22,514 bases of DNA from Thermococcus sp. JdFR-02 (GTDB lineage Archaea > Methanobacteriota_B > Thermococci > Thermococcales > Thermococcaceae): contig MTLP01000015.1 in assembly GCA_002009975.1 (NCBI GenBank), forward strand, positions 1 to 22,514, in the 5' to 3' direction. Position 1 is the stretch's first letter. Every line of letters starts with the position of its first letter. The translations under genes and the position numbers were made by a program. Below are positions 8,494-17,337 of this stretch, piece after piece. The notes beneath the pieces are model-generated. The model saw only the letters and a program-made list of their open reading frames with translations. It ran no database searches and was not told the origin of the DNA.

Positions 8494-9319
8494 GTCTAAA
8501 GGTTATCCCTTAGTTTCAATTGTAATTCCAACATATAACTCAGAAAGAACATTAGAAAAATGCTTAGAATCGATTAAAAATCAAACTTACAAAAATGTCG
8601 AAGTCATAGTAATTGATAAAGGTTCAAAGGATAATACTGTTAAAATTGCTAAAAAATATACAGATAAAACTTTTGTCATAAATGCAAATGAAAGAAGTGA
8701 GCAAAAAAACTACGGTATTAAGAAGTCTAATGGTGAATATATCTGTTTTATAGATTCTGACATGGAACTAATGTCAAAAGTAATAGAAGAATGTATTAAT
8801 TTAATAGAGTCTGATGAGAAAATAGGTGGAATTATTATCCCAGAAAGATCAGTCGGTGATAATTTCTGGGCTAAAGTTAGGGATTTTGAAAGAAGCTTTT
8901 ATGCTGGCACAGAAATAGAATCTGCAAGATTTTTCAGGAAAGATTTAGCATTAGAAGTTGGTGGATTTGATGAAAATTTAATTTTCTTCGAAGAAGCTAC
9001 TTTACCACAAAAAATAAAGAAATTGGAATATAATATTAAAGCAAGGATAAAAATAGAGATATTACATCATGAAGATAACCTCTCACTTTTAAGATGGTTG
9101 ATGAAGAAGTATTACTACGGAAAAACGGCTTGGAAGTATATTGAGAAATATAAAGAATATGGAAGTAAGCAAATAAGCCCACTAAGTAGGCTTGGTTTGT
9201 TCCTTAAAAATAAAAAATTTTATTCGGAACCTTTATTAGCTTTTGGAGTTATAATTCTAAAAAGTTTAGAATACGCCTCGGCTACTTCAGGATATTTGGT
9301 TGGAAAGGTGAAAGAATAA
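8480..9319 (+). CDS. GT2 glycosyltransferase
   Basis: VSIVIPTYNS, IDKGSKD, FIDSD and GGFDE motifs; GGTGA RBS before ATG 8480 (the ORF is open from TTG 8474). First gene of the low-GC block. Confidence 0.92.
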   Translation: MSSNESKGYPLVSIVIPTYNSERTLEKCLESIKNQTYKNVEVIVIDKGSKDNTVKIAKKYTDKTFVINANERSEQKNYGIKKSNGEYICFIDSDMELMSKVIEECINLIESDEKIGGIIIPERSVGDNFWAKVRDFERSFYAGTEIESARFFRKDLALEVGGFDENLIFFEEATLPQKIKKLEYNIKARIKIEILHHEDNLSLLRWLMKKYYYGKTAWKYIEKYKEYGSKQISPLSRLGLFLKNKKFYSEPLLAFGVIILKSLEYASATSGYLVGKVKE

Positions 9320-10149
9320 TGCCATTACTAACTCTTGTAAATAAAATCATTAGATCAAAAGGAAATATAGTTAAAATTAAATTTAAGGTAAGAGATGAGT
9401 CTTTTGAGGCTTATGTTCCTGATGATCAATATTGGATAAGTATTAAAGACATTCTACTGAATAGAGAATATGAATATCTACCGGAATTCGAATTGAACAA
9501 TTTCAAAGAAAAGGCAATTGTGATTGATGCTGGAGCTCACGTAGGCCTCTTTTCCTTAGTTGCTTCTGGTTTTGCAGACAAAGTCATAGCAATAGAACCA
9601 CATCCTATAAATTATAGGTTTTTGGAAATTAATAAAATTAAAAATAATTGCTCGAATATTATTCCCGTGAATAAAGCATTAGTTGGTAAAAATATTTCAA
9701 AAGTAAGAATTTACGATGCAGATCTCACAAGTAGTTCTACAATTCTTAATAAAAAAGTAAAAAGTGGTTATGACGTTTCAACTATTACTTTGGAAGAGAT
9801 TATAGAAATATGTGGACAAATAGACTTACTAAAGGTGGATATAGAAGGTGCTGAGTTTGATATTTTCAAAAATGTAAGTAACAAAAGTTTAAGGCAAATA
9901 AGGGCAATAGTTGGAGAAATCCACTTAGAGCATGGAGATATAAACTCGATTACTCAAACGTTGGAGAATGTAGGATTTGAAGTTTCTTACTTTCACCCAC
10001 CTCTTGTTAAAAAATCTAGCAAGATACCAATAGAACTTCATGGTTGCATTAAGCTTAAAATTTTAAGGAGGTTAGTTTACACCTTCGTTTCTTTAGGAAA
10101 TATGGAGGAGAAAAGTTTGGCAATATTATTTGCTAAAAAAGAAAAGTAG
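9319..10149 (+). CDS. FkbM-family SAM-dependent methyltransferase
   Basis: IDAGAHVGLFS, AIEPHP and LKVDIEGAE motifs; TAATG coupling to the upstream GT2. Confidence 0.92.
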   Translation: MPLLTLVNKIIRSKGNIVKIKFKVRDESFEAYVPDDQYWISIKDILLNREYEYLPEFELNNFKEKAIVIDAGAHVGLFSLVASGFADKVIAIEPHPINYRFLEINKIKNNCSNIIPVNKALVGKNISKVRIYDADLTSSSTILNKKVKSGYDVSTITLEEIIEICGQIDLLKVDIEGAEFDIFKNVSNKSLRQIRAIVGEIHLEHGDINSITQTLENVGFEVSYFHPPLVKKSSKIPIELHGCIKLKILRRLVYTFVSLGNMEEKSLAILFAKKEK

Positions 10150-10431
10150 TTGGAGATGTCTAAAATGGGGGACAAACCAAAAGTTATAATAATTGATCTG
10201 GATGGAACAACTTGGGATTTAATAAAGCCTTGGACTGATGAAGGGAAATTACCTACTTTTAAAAAATTAATGGAAAATGGAGCTTGGGGCATCTTAAAAA
10301 GTGCAACACTATCAGTAACCTTTCCTGATTGGGAAGTATTATTTATTGGGGCAAATCCTGGGAAATTTGAGGTATATAATTTTGTTCAAGTTGGCATTTG
10401 TAAAAATAAATTGACTTCCAATGGGTGTTAA
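10150..10431 (+). pseudogene. Truncated AlkP-superfamily phosphodiesterase (N-terminal fragment)
   Basis: KVIIIDLDGTTW...LPTFKKLMENG..G.LKS...VTFPDW...NPGK aligns by eye with the N-terminus of ORF 12686 but stops after about 90 aa, with degenerate motifs. Confidence 0.8.
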
Positions 10432-10434
10432 AAA

Positions 10435-11592
10435 ATGTCTCTAAAAGTTCTTTTCATTATGAATGGGATAGGAAAAAGTGGAGAAAAAGTTGGAATTAGT
10501 GGAGGAGATGTTAGATGGATAGAAATAGCAAAAGAATGGCAAAAAATAGGGGTTGAAATTCATGTATTAACTTTAGATGCTGGAGAAGAATTATGTAGGA
10601 GATTGGGATTAAATGCAATATTCTATCATATAAAAGCACCATCTAAATATTCATTATTCTCTTATATTATTAGATTTTTTAATTCTATAAAAATTCCTAA
10701 GGAATTAAAAAATTTTGATGGAATAATATGCACAACAACAGATCATATTTATGATGTACTACCGGGCGTATTACTCAAAAGGAAAAATAAAAATAAGCTA
10801 ATTATAACGGCTCATTGGGTTGCACCATTAATTAGAAAAGGCACCTCATTATCAAATAGCGTATTTTTTTATTTAAATCAACGTTCAGGGTATTTCTTAA
10901 CAAAAAAATATGCAGATATTGTTCTAGCAGTTTCTGAATCTACAAAACAAGCCATATTGAATAAAATAAAAATACCCGAAGATAAAATAAAAGTCGTTGA
11001 AGCTGGCGTGCATTATGAAAAAATAAGAAACATAGCTTCAAATATTAAAAAAAATGAATATAGTGGTGTTTTTATGAAAAGATTCGATGGAACAAAAGGT
11101 GTTTTTGATATAATAGAAATATGGAAAAGAGTTGTAAAAGAAATATCCGACGCTAAACTCATATTAATAGGCCATGGAACAAATGATACATTAAGAAAAT
11201 TAAAAGTAATGATTAAAAAAAATGATCTTGAAGACAATATCCAAATATTAGGCATTATATATGACTTTGATAGAAAATTTGAAACACTTGCAAGAAGTAA
11301 GATATTTTTACTTCCAAGTTATGAGGAAAATTGGGCAATAGTTATTGGAGAAGCTATGGCCACTGGACTTCCTGTAGTATGTTATGAATTACCTGAAATT
11401 CAACCTATATGGAAAGACAATGTTATCTGGGTTCCTAAAGGAAACAAAGAAATATTTGCTAAGAAAATAGTTGGATTGCTTCAAAATGAAGACATCAGAA
11501 ACGAACTTGGTAATAGATGTGTTGATTTTGTTAAAAAATATGACTGGAAAGAGATAGCTAAAAAAGAAATGGACCTAGTATTAGATAACTAA
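10435..11592 (+). CDS. GT4 glycosyltransferase
   Basis: SGGD near the N-terminus, AVSESTK, KRFDGTKG and LPSYEENWAIVIGEAMATGLPVV (E-X7-E). Confidence 0.92.
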   Translation: MSLKVLFIMNGIGKSGEKVGISGGDVRWIEIAKEWQKIGVEIHVLTLDAGEELCRRLGLNAIFYHIKAPSKYSLFSYIIRFFNSIKIPKELKNFDGIICTTTDHIYDVLPGVLLKRKNKNKLIITAHWVAPLIRKGTSLSNSVFFYLNQRSGYFLTKKYADIVLAVSESTKQAILNKIKIPEDKIKVVEAGVHYEKIRNIASNIKKNEYSGVFMKRFDGTKGVFDIIEIWKRVVKEISDAKLILIGHGTNDTLRKLKVMIKKNDLEDNIQILGIIYDFDRKFETLARSKIFLLPSYEENWAIVIGEAMATGLPVVCYELPEIQPIWKDNVIWVPKGNKEIFAKKIVGLLQNEDIRNELGNRCVDFVKKYDWKEIAKKEMDLVLDN

Positions 11593-11593
11593 C

Positions 11594-12512
11594 TGTACAG
11601 TGACATCACATCTGCCCGCTCCGCTTTTGTTGTCAGGACATATGTCCTATTCTTGTAAAACCTTCACCTACTTCAAATACCTCTCTGCCGGCACAATCCA
11701 GCCAATTCCTCCGTGTCCTCTCACCCAATTATACCCCTGAAACCTACTGAGTTTCCAGCTGACTGTGGTCCAAGTTGGAAAATACCACATGACCTATCAG
11801 CTCCCGGTACATAATTTTAAAGAATGCCTCAATCTTGCCTCTCGCTTAAGGGTTATATGGTCTACCCACAATCAGCTTAATTCCTTTCTTCGTATAGAAA
11901 TTTTTAAACGCCTTTGCAGCAAACTGCGCCGTTATCCACATATAGCGCTCTGGGCGTCATCCCCGTTTTCAGTGCATGGGCAAGCGTATCGATGGCGATG
12001 GCAGCAGTCTTACACTTATATATCTTCAAAGCAGGGCAGAGCGAGAGTGGTCATCGATTATCCCGGAGACCCTGACTTTGCTCCTGCCGCGAATCCTGAA
12101 CTCGTAGATGTCCATCTGCCAAAAAGAGTCAGGATGTTTCCTCTCGAAGCGCTTACAGAGTTTCTTCCTGGGCTTAATCCTCGTCAGCAGCCCATTCCCC
12201 TTTAGAACACGGTGCACCGTCCTGTAGTTGGACTCTTCTCTACCTGTCTCGTCAAAGAGAATGTAGAAAAGCCTCCTGGCTCCTGCTGCAGGGTTCCTGA
12301 GCTTGGCATCAATTATCAATAATTCATCTTCCTCAGGCAGCTTGTTGTGTACATGTTTCGGCGCTCTCGGTCTGGGTAGTAACCCGCTGTACCCTTCCTC
12401 ATGATACCTCTTTGCCCAGTGCCTGAGAGTTCTTACGCTTATATACCAAGATAAGACCAGATATCAGAGGTGGAGTTGCTTTTGGAAGCTTACTAATTAT
12501 GACGTATCTAAT
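11594..12512 (-). mobile_element. Decayed IS481-family element (frameshifted transposase, one end missing)
   Basis: Minus-strand pieces: HTH SVRTLRHWAKRYHEEGYSGL; RFERKHPDSFWQMD; IIDDHSR; VDNGAQF; PYNP*ARGKIEAFF; YNWVRGHGG...PAERY* (stop at 11668). TGT-type end at 11594 and a perfect palindrome AGGACATATGTCCT at 11635-11648. Confidence 0.85.
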
Positions 12513-12699
12513 AAAAAATTATGGTAGATTTAATTTTTATAAAAGAAGGAAGACCAGTAGAGTATATAAGAGCGTTCTCCCCTAAAAGTTTAAAAGAAAT
12601 GTTAGAAGATAATGGTTTTGAAGTTCTAGTAATTTCTATCCTTCATTGTCCACAGTTTTCTTAATTGCTGCCATAAAAAGGGGGAATGATAATGTCTAA
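12513..12699 (+). pseudogene. C-terminal remnant of a class I SAM methyltransferase
   Basis: PVEYIRAFSPKSLKEMLEDNGFEV in one frame and YPSLSTVFLIAAIKRGNDNV* in another. These are typical methyltransferase C-termini; the 5' part is absent at the IS junction. Confidence 0.5.
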
Positions 12700-14152
12700 C
12701 AGAGTTATAGTCATTGGTCTCGATGGAGTTAGCTGGAACGTTCTAGATCCAATATTAAAGGAAGACTTAATGCTTAATTTAAAAAGCCTAAAAGAAGATA
12801 GTATCTACGGAGAGCTTGAAAGTTGCGTTCCTCCGGTAACTTTCCCTGCGTGGAAGTGCTATTCTACAGGAAAAGATCCGAGTCAATTGGGTGTTTATTG
12901 GTGGATGAATCTCGACTTTAAACACAAGAAATTCATTTTAAATAGCTCTTTATCGTTTAAGGGGAAGGATATATGGGATTACCTCTCAGAAAAAAGTTTA
13001 AAATCTATTGTGATAAACATGCCTGGAACATATCCAGCTAGGAAAATAAATGGTATATTAATTGCAGGCCCGCCTAATCCATCTTTAAGAAAAAGCGTTT
13101 ATCCCAAAGAATTATTTGAAAAATTAGTAAGAATAAATTATAAAAATATGCCAGAAGCCAAATGGAGTATAGAAGGTCTCAAGGTCATTAAAGAATGTAG
13201 AATTATACATAAACAACAATGTAAACTTGCTTTAGAGTTGATGGAGAAAAAAAGCTGGGATTTTTTCCACTTTACTTTCGTCTTGACTGATCCTATTTTG
13301 CATCATTTTTGGAACCATCACAAAGATCTACTAGACTCTGACAACAAAATAACTGAGGAATTACGTAAATTTTGGAGAGATATCGACTACTTTATAGGGA
13401 AATTCATCGAAAAAGCTAGTGAAGATGATTATATTTTTATAATTTCCGATCATGGCATGGTGAAAATGGATTATAAATTTTATTTAAATAATTTTTTAGA
13501 ACAAGAAGGGTATCTCAAACTTAAATGGAAAAGTTACATTCGTGATAGGATGATTTCATATTTACCAAAAAGAAAAGTAGGTGAATTATTTTCAAAAATT
13601 CATATGATGAAGCCAACATCTAAAATTTTACAATTGTTAGGTCTATTAGATAAATTCAATCCTACCAAAGATATTGAATTAAATGAAGAACTAATCAATT
13701 GGAAAAAAACAAAAGCTATTTGTCTAAGTGACGCATCTGCACTGATATACACAAATAACATGAACGAAAATGAAAAATATGAACTATTTGATTTGCTTAA
13801 AAGTTTTAAACATAATGATAAAAAGGTTTTTGAAAAAGTTTGTTACGCATCAAAAATTTATGAAAATATTCAAGAGAACTCTCCTAATATAATTGCTATT
13901 CCAAGAAGAGGTTATGAGATAGCGCCTGGAATAGGGAAAAAAGTATTTAAGAGTAGTAGGGAAGATATTTGGAGATCTACTCATAAAGTAGGGGGCATGT
14001 TTTTAGTAAGAGGGGCTGATCTAAAATTTAAGACTAAAAATACAACAATCTACGATGTGGCACCTACAATATTATCTCTACTTGATTTTCCAGATGTCGA
14101 ATTCATGAATGAAATGAAAGGACGTATACTAAATAATTTAGGAAGGGATTAA
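12686..14152 (+). CDS. AlkP-superfamily type I phosphodiesterase / nucleotide pyrophosphatase
   Basis: IGLDG, PPVTFPAW (Thr nucleophile position), TDPILHHFW, ISDHG and IYDVAPTIL motifs; no signal peptide. Confidence 0.9.
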   Translation: MIMSNRVIVIGLDGVSWNVLDPILKEDLMLNLKSLKEDSIYGELESCVPPVTFPAWKCYSTGKDPSQLGVYWWMNLDFKHKKFILNSSLSFKGKDIWDYLSEKSLKSIVINMPGTYPARKINGILIAGPPNPSLRKSVYPKELFEKLVRINYKNMPEAKWSIEGLKVIKECRIIHKQQCKLALELMEKKSWDFFHFTFVLTDPILHHFWNHHKDLLDSDNKITEELRKFWRDIDYFIGKFIEKASEDDYIFIISDHGMVKMDYKFYLNNFLEQEGYLKLKWKSYIRDRMISYLPKRKVGELFSKIHMMKPTSKILQLLGLLDKFNPTKDIELNEELINWKKTKAICLSDASALIYTNNMNENEKYELFDLLKSFKHNDKKVFEKVCYASKIYENIQENSPNIIAIPRRGYEIAPGIGKKVFKSSREDIWRSTHKVGGMFLVRGADLKFKTKNTTIYDVAPTILSLLDFPDVEFMNEMKGRILNNLGRD

Positions 14153-14154
14153 AT

Positions 14155-17100
14155 ATGGGGGCAATCATTAAAATCAAGAGGGAAAGACTTTTGGATGTTA
14201 TTGTTATAATATTCTATTTAATCATTTCTATCCTATCCGTTAGGGAACTATTATTTAGCAAATTTCTTGTAGGGATGAGACATGACTGGTTTTCAGCACC
14301 ATACCCGCAAATGGTGATAGATCATATTAAAAGTGTATTTTTTATTTGGTACGACCAACAAGGCTATGCTTTTTTCAGAGCTAATGTATTGTACTATTAT
14401 TTGTTTTTTAAAGGATTATTAGGTTTATTAACTGGTTTTAATGGCATACTACTCCCTAAAATTGAGATAGGGTTTCTAATTTTTATGTCAGGACTATTTA
14501 TGTATTATCTGCTCTGTAAAATAGAGATTTCAAAGTTTGGTGCGTTTATTTCTGGACTATTTTATATGTTAACACCTATAGTGTTTAATAGAGTTATAGC
14601 TGGTCATCTTGAATATTTGTTCTCATATGCACTCTCACCATTGGTTTTAAGTTTGTTTATTATGGCTATAAAGGAAGATAAACTAAATTGGAAATATATC
14701 ATTTTATCTGGACTTATTTATGGAATTTCAGTTACGCAACATCAATTTATAGTTTATATATCTTTTTTGATTTTTCTTTATATTTCATTATTCTCATTAG
14801 TGATGCATCGTATATATATAAAATATATCACGGCCTTTTTCATAATCTTAGCGATTGGATTTATGTTACATTTGTTTTGGATAATCCCTGCAATTCATAG
14901 GACAATTCCAATATACCACATGGCACCTTTAGCGTATCATGGCATTCAGGTCAGTCCTAATATAATAGAATCATTTCTAATGATTGGTTATCCCCACCCA
15001 TATGATTATATGTCATTAATTTCCAAGGGATTATTACCTAGTCTACAATTATACTTCCTGTTTTTTCCACTAATTTCTCTAGCTACTTTACTAAGTAAAA
15101 GAATGTATTTGTACAAATTATTTGCGGCAATAGTATTATTAGTAGGCATATTTATGGTAACAGCCCTAAAACAACCTTTTGGCAGTCTCTGGAAATTGTT
15201 ATTCATGTATATACCACCTTTTCGAGTTTTTAGAGAAGTGTATCACTCTGAATTTCTTGTTGCTTTCTCACTAAGTATTCTTCTTGGAATATTTATTGGG
15301 GAAATATTAAATAAAATTAAAACATTACAACCATATGACAAAATAGTAAAAGGTAGTATAATTATTATTGTTACTATATTACTTATCCTAGTTGGATTAC
15401 CTGTAATTTCTGGCAATTTTGTTGGACAAATTGGAACATATACTTTTCCAGATGAATATAAACCCATATATCAGAGCATACACTCAGATACTGAGCCATA
15501 TCGTGTTTTATTCCTCCCATCAATCGGACCTTTTAAATATTCTAGTAGTTCTTTTCAAGGATTTGATCCAATGATTCAATCGCCTCCAAAACCAACATTC
15601 CAATCTCTAGTAGACCGGACAAACACATTTAATAGATTTCATAAATACTTTATTTACCAGTTAAGACAGGGAAAGAATATTGAGAATTATCTCGATATAG
15701 TTGCAGTTAGATATATCATGACTAGACCATTTTCAGAAAGTTGGTACCTGTATTATGTGCTTTCATCACCAACACTAAAAGTTAAGTGGAAAAATTATAA
15801 TTTCACTGAAGATTTTAAGTGGGCAAACAACGTTAGGAATGAGGGTAGTCTGATAATAATACATAAAAATAACTCTTACTTCTTCAAGGTAGTAAATGTT
15901 TCTTTAGTTATTGGAAATTTAAAGACTATTAGCAAACTTCCAAATAATAGTTATGACAATACGGCCTTGATCTATAATAGGGACATTAAAATAGAAAGCC
16001 AAAAATTTTTGAGAAATTTTATAAATAAAATTCTAATAGATAATCAAAAATGGATAGAAGAGCTTATTCTAACTTTACCAAATTTTACAATAAAATATCT
16101 TACATTACAAAGCGAGTTATCGAATCCCAACAAAGGTTGGGCCTACGATACAAATTCTTGGTGGCATTATTCAGAAATAGCAGCTCTAACCCCATATTAT
16201 GGCATAAATACTGTATTAACCTCAGCTAACAAAGTTCATATAAACACATCTTTTAACATCAATAAATCTAATAACTACAAACTCCTCATCCGCTACTTCA
16301 AAAACCAAAAAGGCGGAGGGATAAAAGTTTACATCGATGGCAAACCCACAGAAATTAATACAAAAGGTCAGCTCAACAAGTTCGTGTGGAAAGACCTTGG
16401 AACTTTCTACCTTGAAAAAGGCAAACACGAACTGATTCTTGAAAATGTTAATGGCTTCAACGCCGCCAACTTGTTCGTATTAATTCCAGAGGAAGAGTAC
16501 TACAAAGCAAAAGAAAAAGTTGAAAAACTCCTCCAGAACAAAACACTAATCTACCTCTTCGAAGCCGAAGCCGACCTCTACAGGACTAACGCAGAAATAA
16601 CTAAAAACATCAACGCTAGCAATGGAGAGGCATTGCTGTTAGGTGAAAATAGTAAAGCTTGGCAAGATATTGAGATTGTCAAGAATGGAACGTATAGAAT
16701 TGCTTTAAAAGGAATTGGAAAATTCAAGGTTAAGGTAGGCAATTATTCTTCCATATTGAAATTAAACTCTTTGAACTATACATATTCTCCTATGTTCTAT
16801 CTTGATGAAGGAAAATACAGGCTTGAGATAGTTCATTTAAATGTTAAAAATCCTGTTCTCGACGTTATCTGGCTCTACTCCACAGAAACAAATCAAACAA
16901 TAGAGCAACTCTTCGAAATGAGAGAAAAGCCTGCAGAAGTAATCAACTATACAAAAATCAACCCCACCCTCTGGAAAGTTAAAGTCAACGCCGCAAAACC
17001 TTTCACGCTGAGCTTTGCAGAGGCTTATGATCCCATCTGGGAGGCAAGGGTTTACAAAGATGGTAAAAAGGTTGAAACGGTTAAATCAATTCCGCTCTAC

Positions 17101-17337
17101 TCTGTGATAAACGGCTTCTGGATCAACGAAACGGGAGAGCTTGAAATCGTAATAAGATACAAACCGCAAGATTGGTTTGAAAGAGGCTTAATAATCTCTG
17201 CAACCACATTTATTGGTTGCATTGGATATCTCTTCTACGACTGGAGGAGAGGGAAAGGAGACAGGTGGACAAAGAGACTGGAGAAAAAGATTAGAAGATA
17301 TTTAGAGTCCATAAAGAAAAAGCTCACCACCTCTTAA
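14155..17337 (+). CDS. Large GT-C-like multipass membrane protein (AftD/DUF3367- or YfhO-like) with extracellular carbohydrate-binding-like domains
   Basis: About 11-13 TM segments in aa 1-420. Motifs include RHD in loop 1, FYMLTPIVFNRVIAGH, FREVYH, FPDEY and YRVLFLP. CBM6/35-like segments (LGTFYLEKGKHELIL; FYLDEGKYRLEI) follow, then a YfhO-like tail AEAYDPIWEA...NGFWI...YKPQ and a final TM. Confidence 0.8.
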   Translation: MGAIIKIKRERLLDVIVIIFYLIISILSVRELLFSKFLVGMRHDWFSAPYPQMVIDHIKSVFFIWYDQQGYAFFRANVLYYYLFFKGLLGLLTGFNGILLPKIEIGFLIFMSGLFMYYLLCKIEISKFGAFISGLFYMLTPIVFNRVIAGHLEYLFSYALSPLVLSLFIMAIKEDKLNWKYIILSGLIYGISVTQHQFIVYISFLIFLYISLFSLVMHRIYIKYITAFFIILAIGFMLHLFWIIPAIHRTIPIYHMAPLAYHGIQVSPNIIESFLMIGYPHPYDYMSLISKGLLPSLQLYFLFFPLISLATLLSKRMYLYKLFAAIVLLVGIFMVTALKQPFGSLWKLLFMYIPPFRVFREVYHSEFLVAFSLSILLGIFIGEILNKIKTLQPYDKIVKGSIIIIVTILLILVGLPVISGNFVGQIGTYTFPDEYKPIYQSIHSDTEPYRVLFLPSIGPFKYSSSSFQGFDPMIQSPPKPTFQSLVDRTNTFNRFHKYFIYQLRQGKNIENYLDIVAVRYIMTRPFSESWYLYYVLSSPTLKVKWKNYNFTEDFKWANNVRNEGSLIIIHKNNSYFFKVVNVSLVIGNLKTISKLPNNSYDNTALIYNRDIKIESQKFLRNFINKILIDNQKWIEELILTLPNFTIKYLTLQSELSNPNKGWAYDTNSWWHYSEIAALTPYYGINTVLTSANKVHINTSFNINKSNNYKLLIRYFKNQKGGGIKVYIDGKPTEINTKGQLNKFVWKDLGTFYLEKGKHELILENVNGFNAANLFVLIPEEEYYKAKEKVEKLLQNKTLIYLFEAEADLYRTNAEITKNINASNGEALLLGENSKAWQDIEIVKNGTYRIALKGIGKFKVKVGNYSSILKLNSLNYTYSPMFYLDEGKYRLEIVHLNVKNPVLDVIWLYSTETNQTIEQLFEMREKPAEVINYTKINPTLWKVKVNAAKPFTLSFAEAYDPIWEARVYKDGKKVETVKSIPLYSVINGFWINETGELEIVIRYKPQDWFERGLIISATTFIGCIGYLFYDWRRGKGDRWTKRLEKKIRRYLESIKKKLTTS

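Noticed and set aside
11765-12205. 146-aa plus-strand ORF
   Set aside because: Antisense shadow of the IS481 transposase remnant.
16159-16173. SWWHYS in ORF 14155, resembling the AglB/STT3 WWDYG motif
   Set aside because: It lacks the Asp and Gly, lies far from the membrane domain, and the other motifs are not STT3-like.
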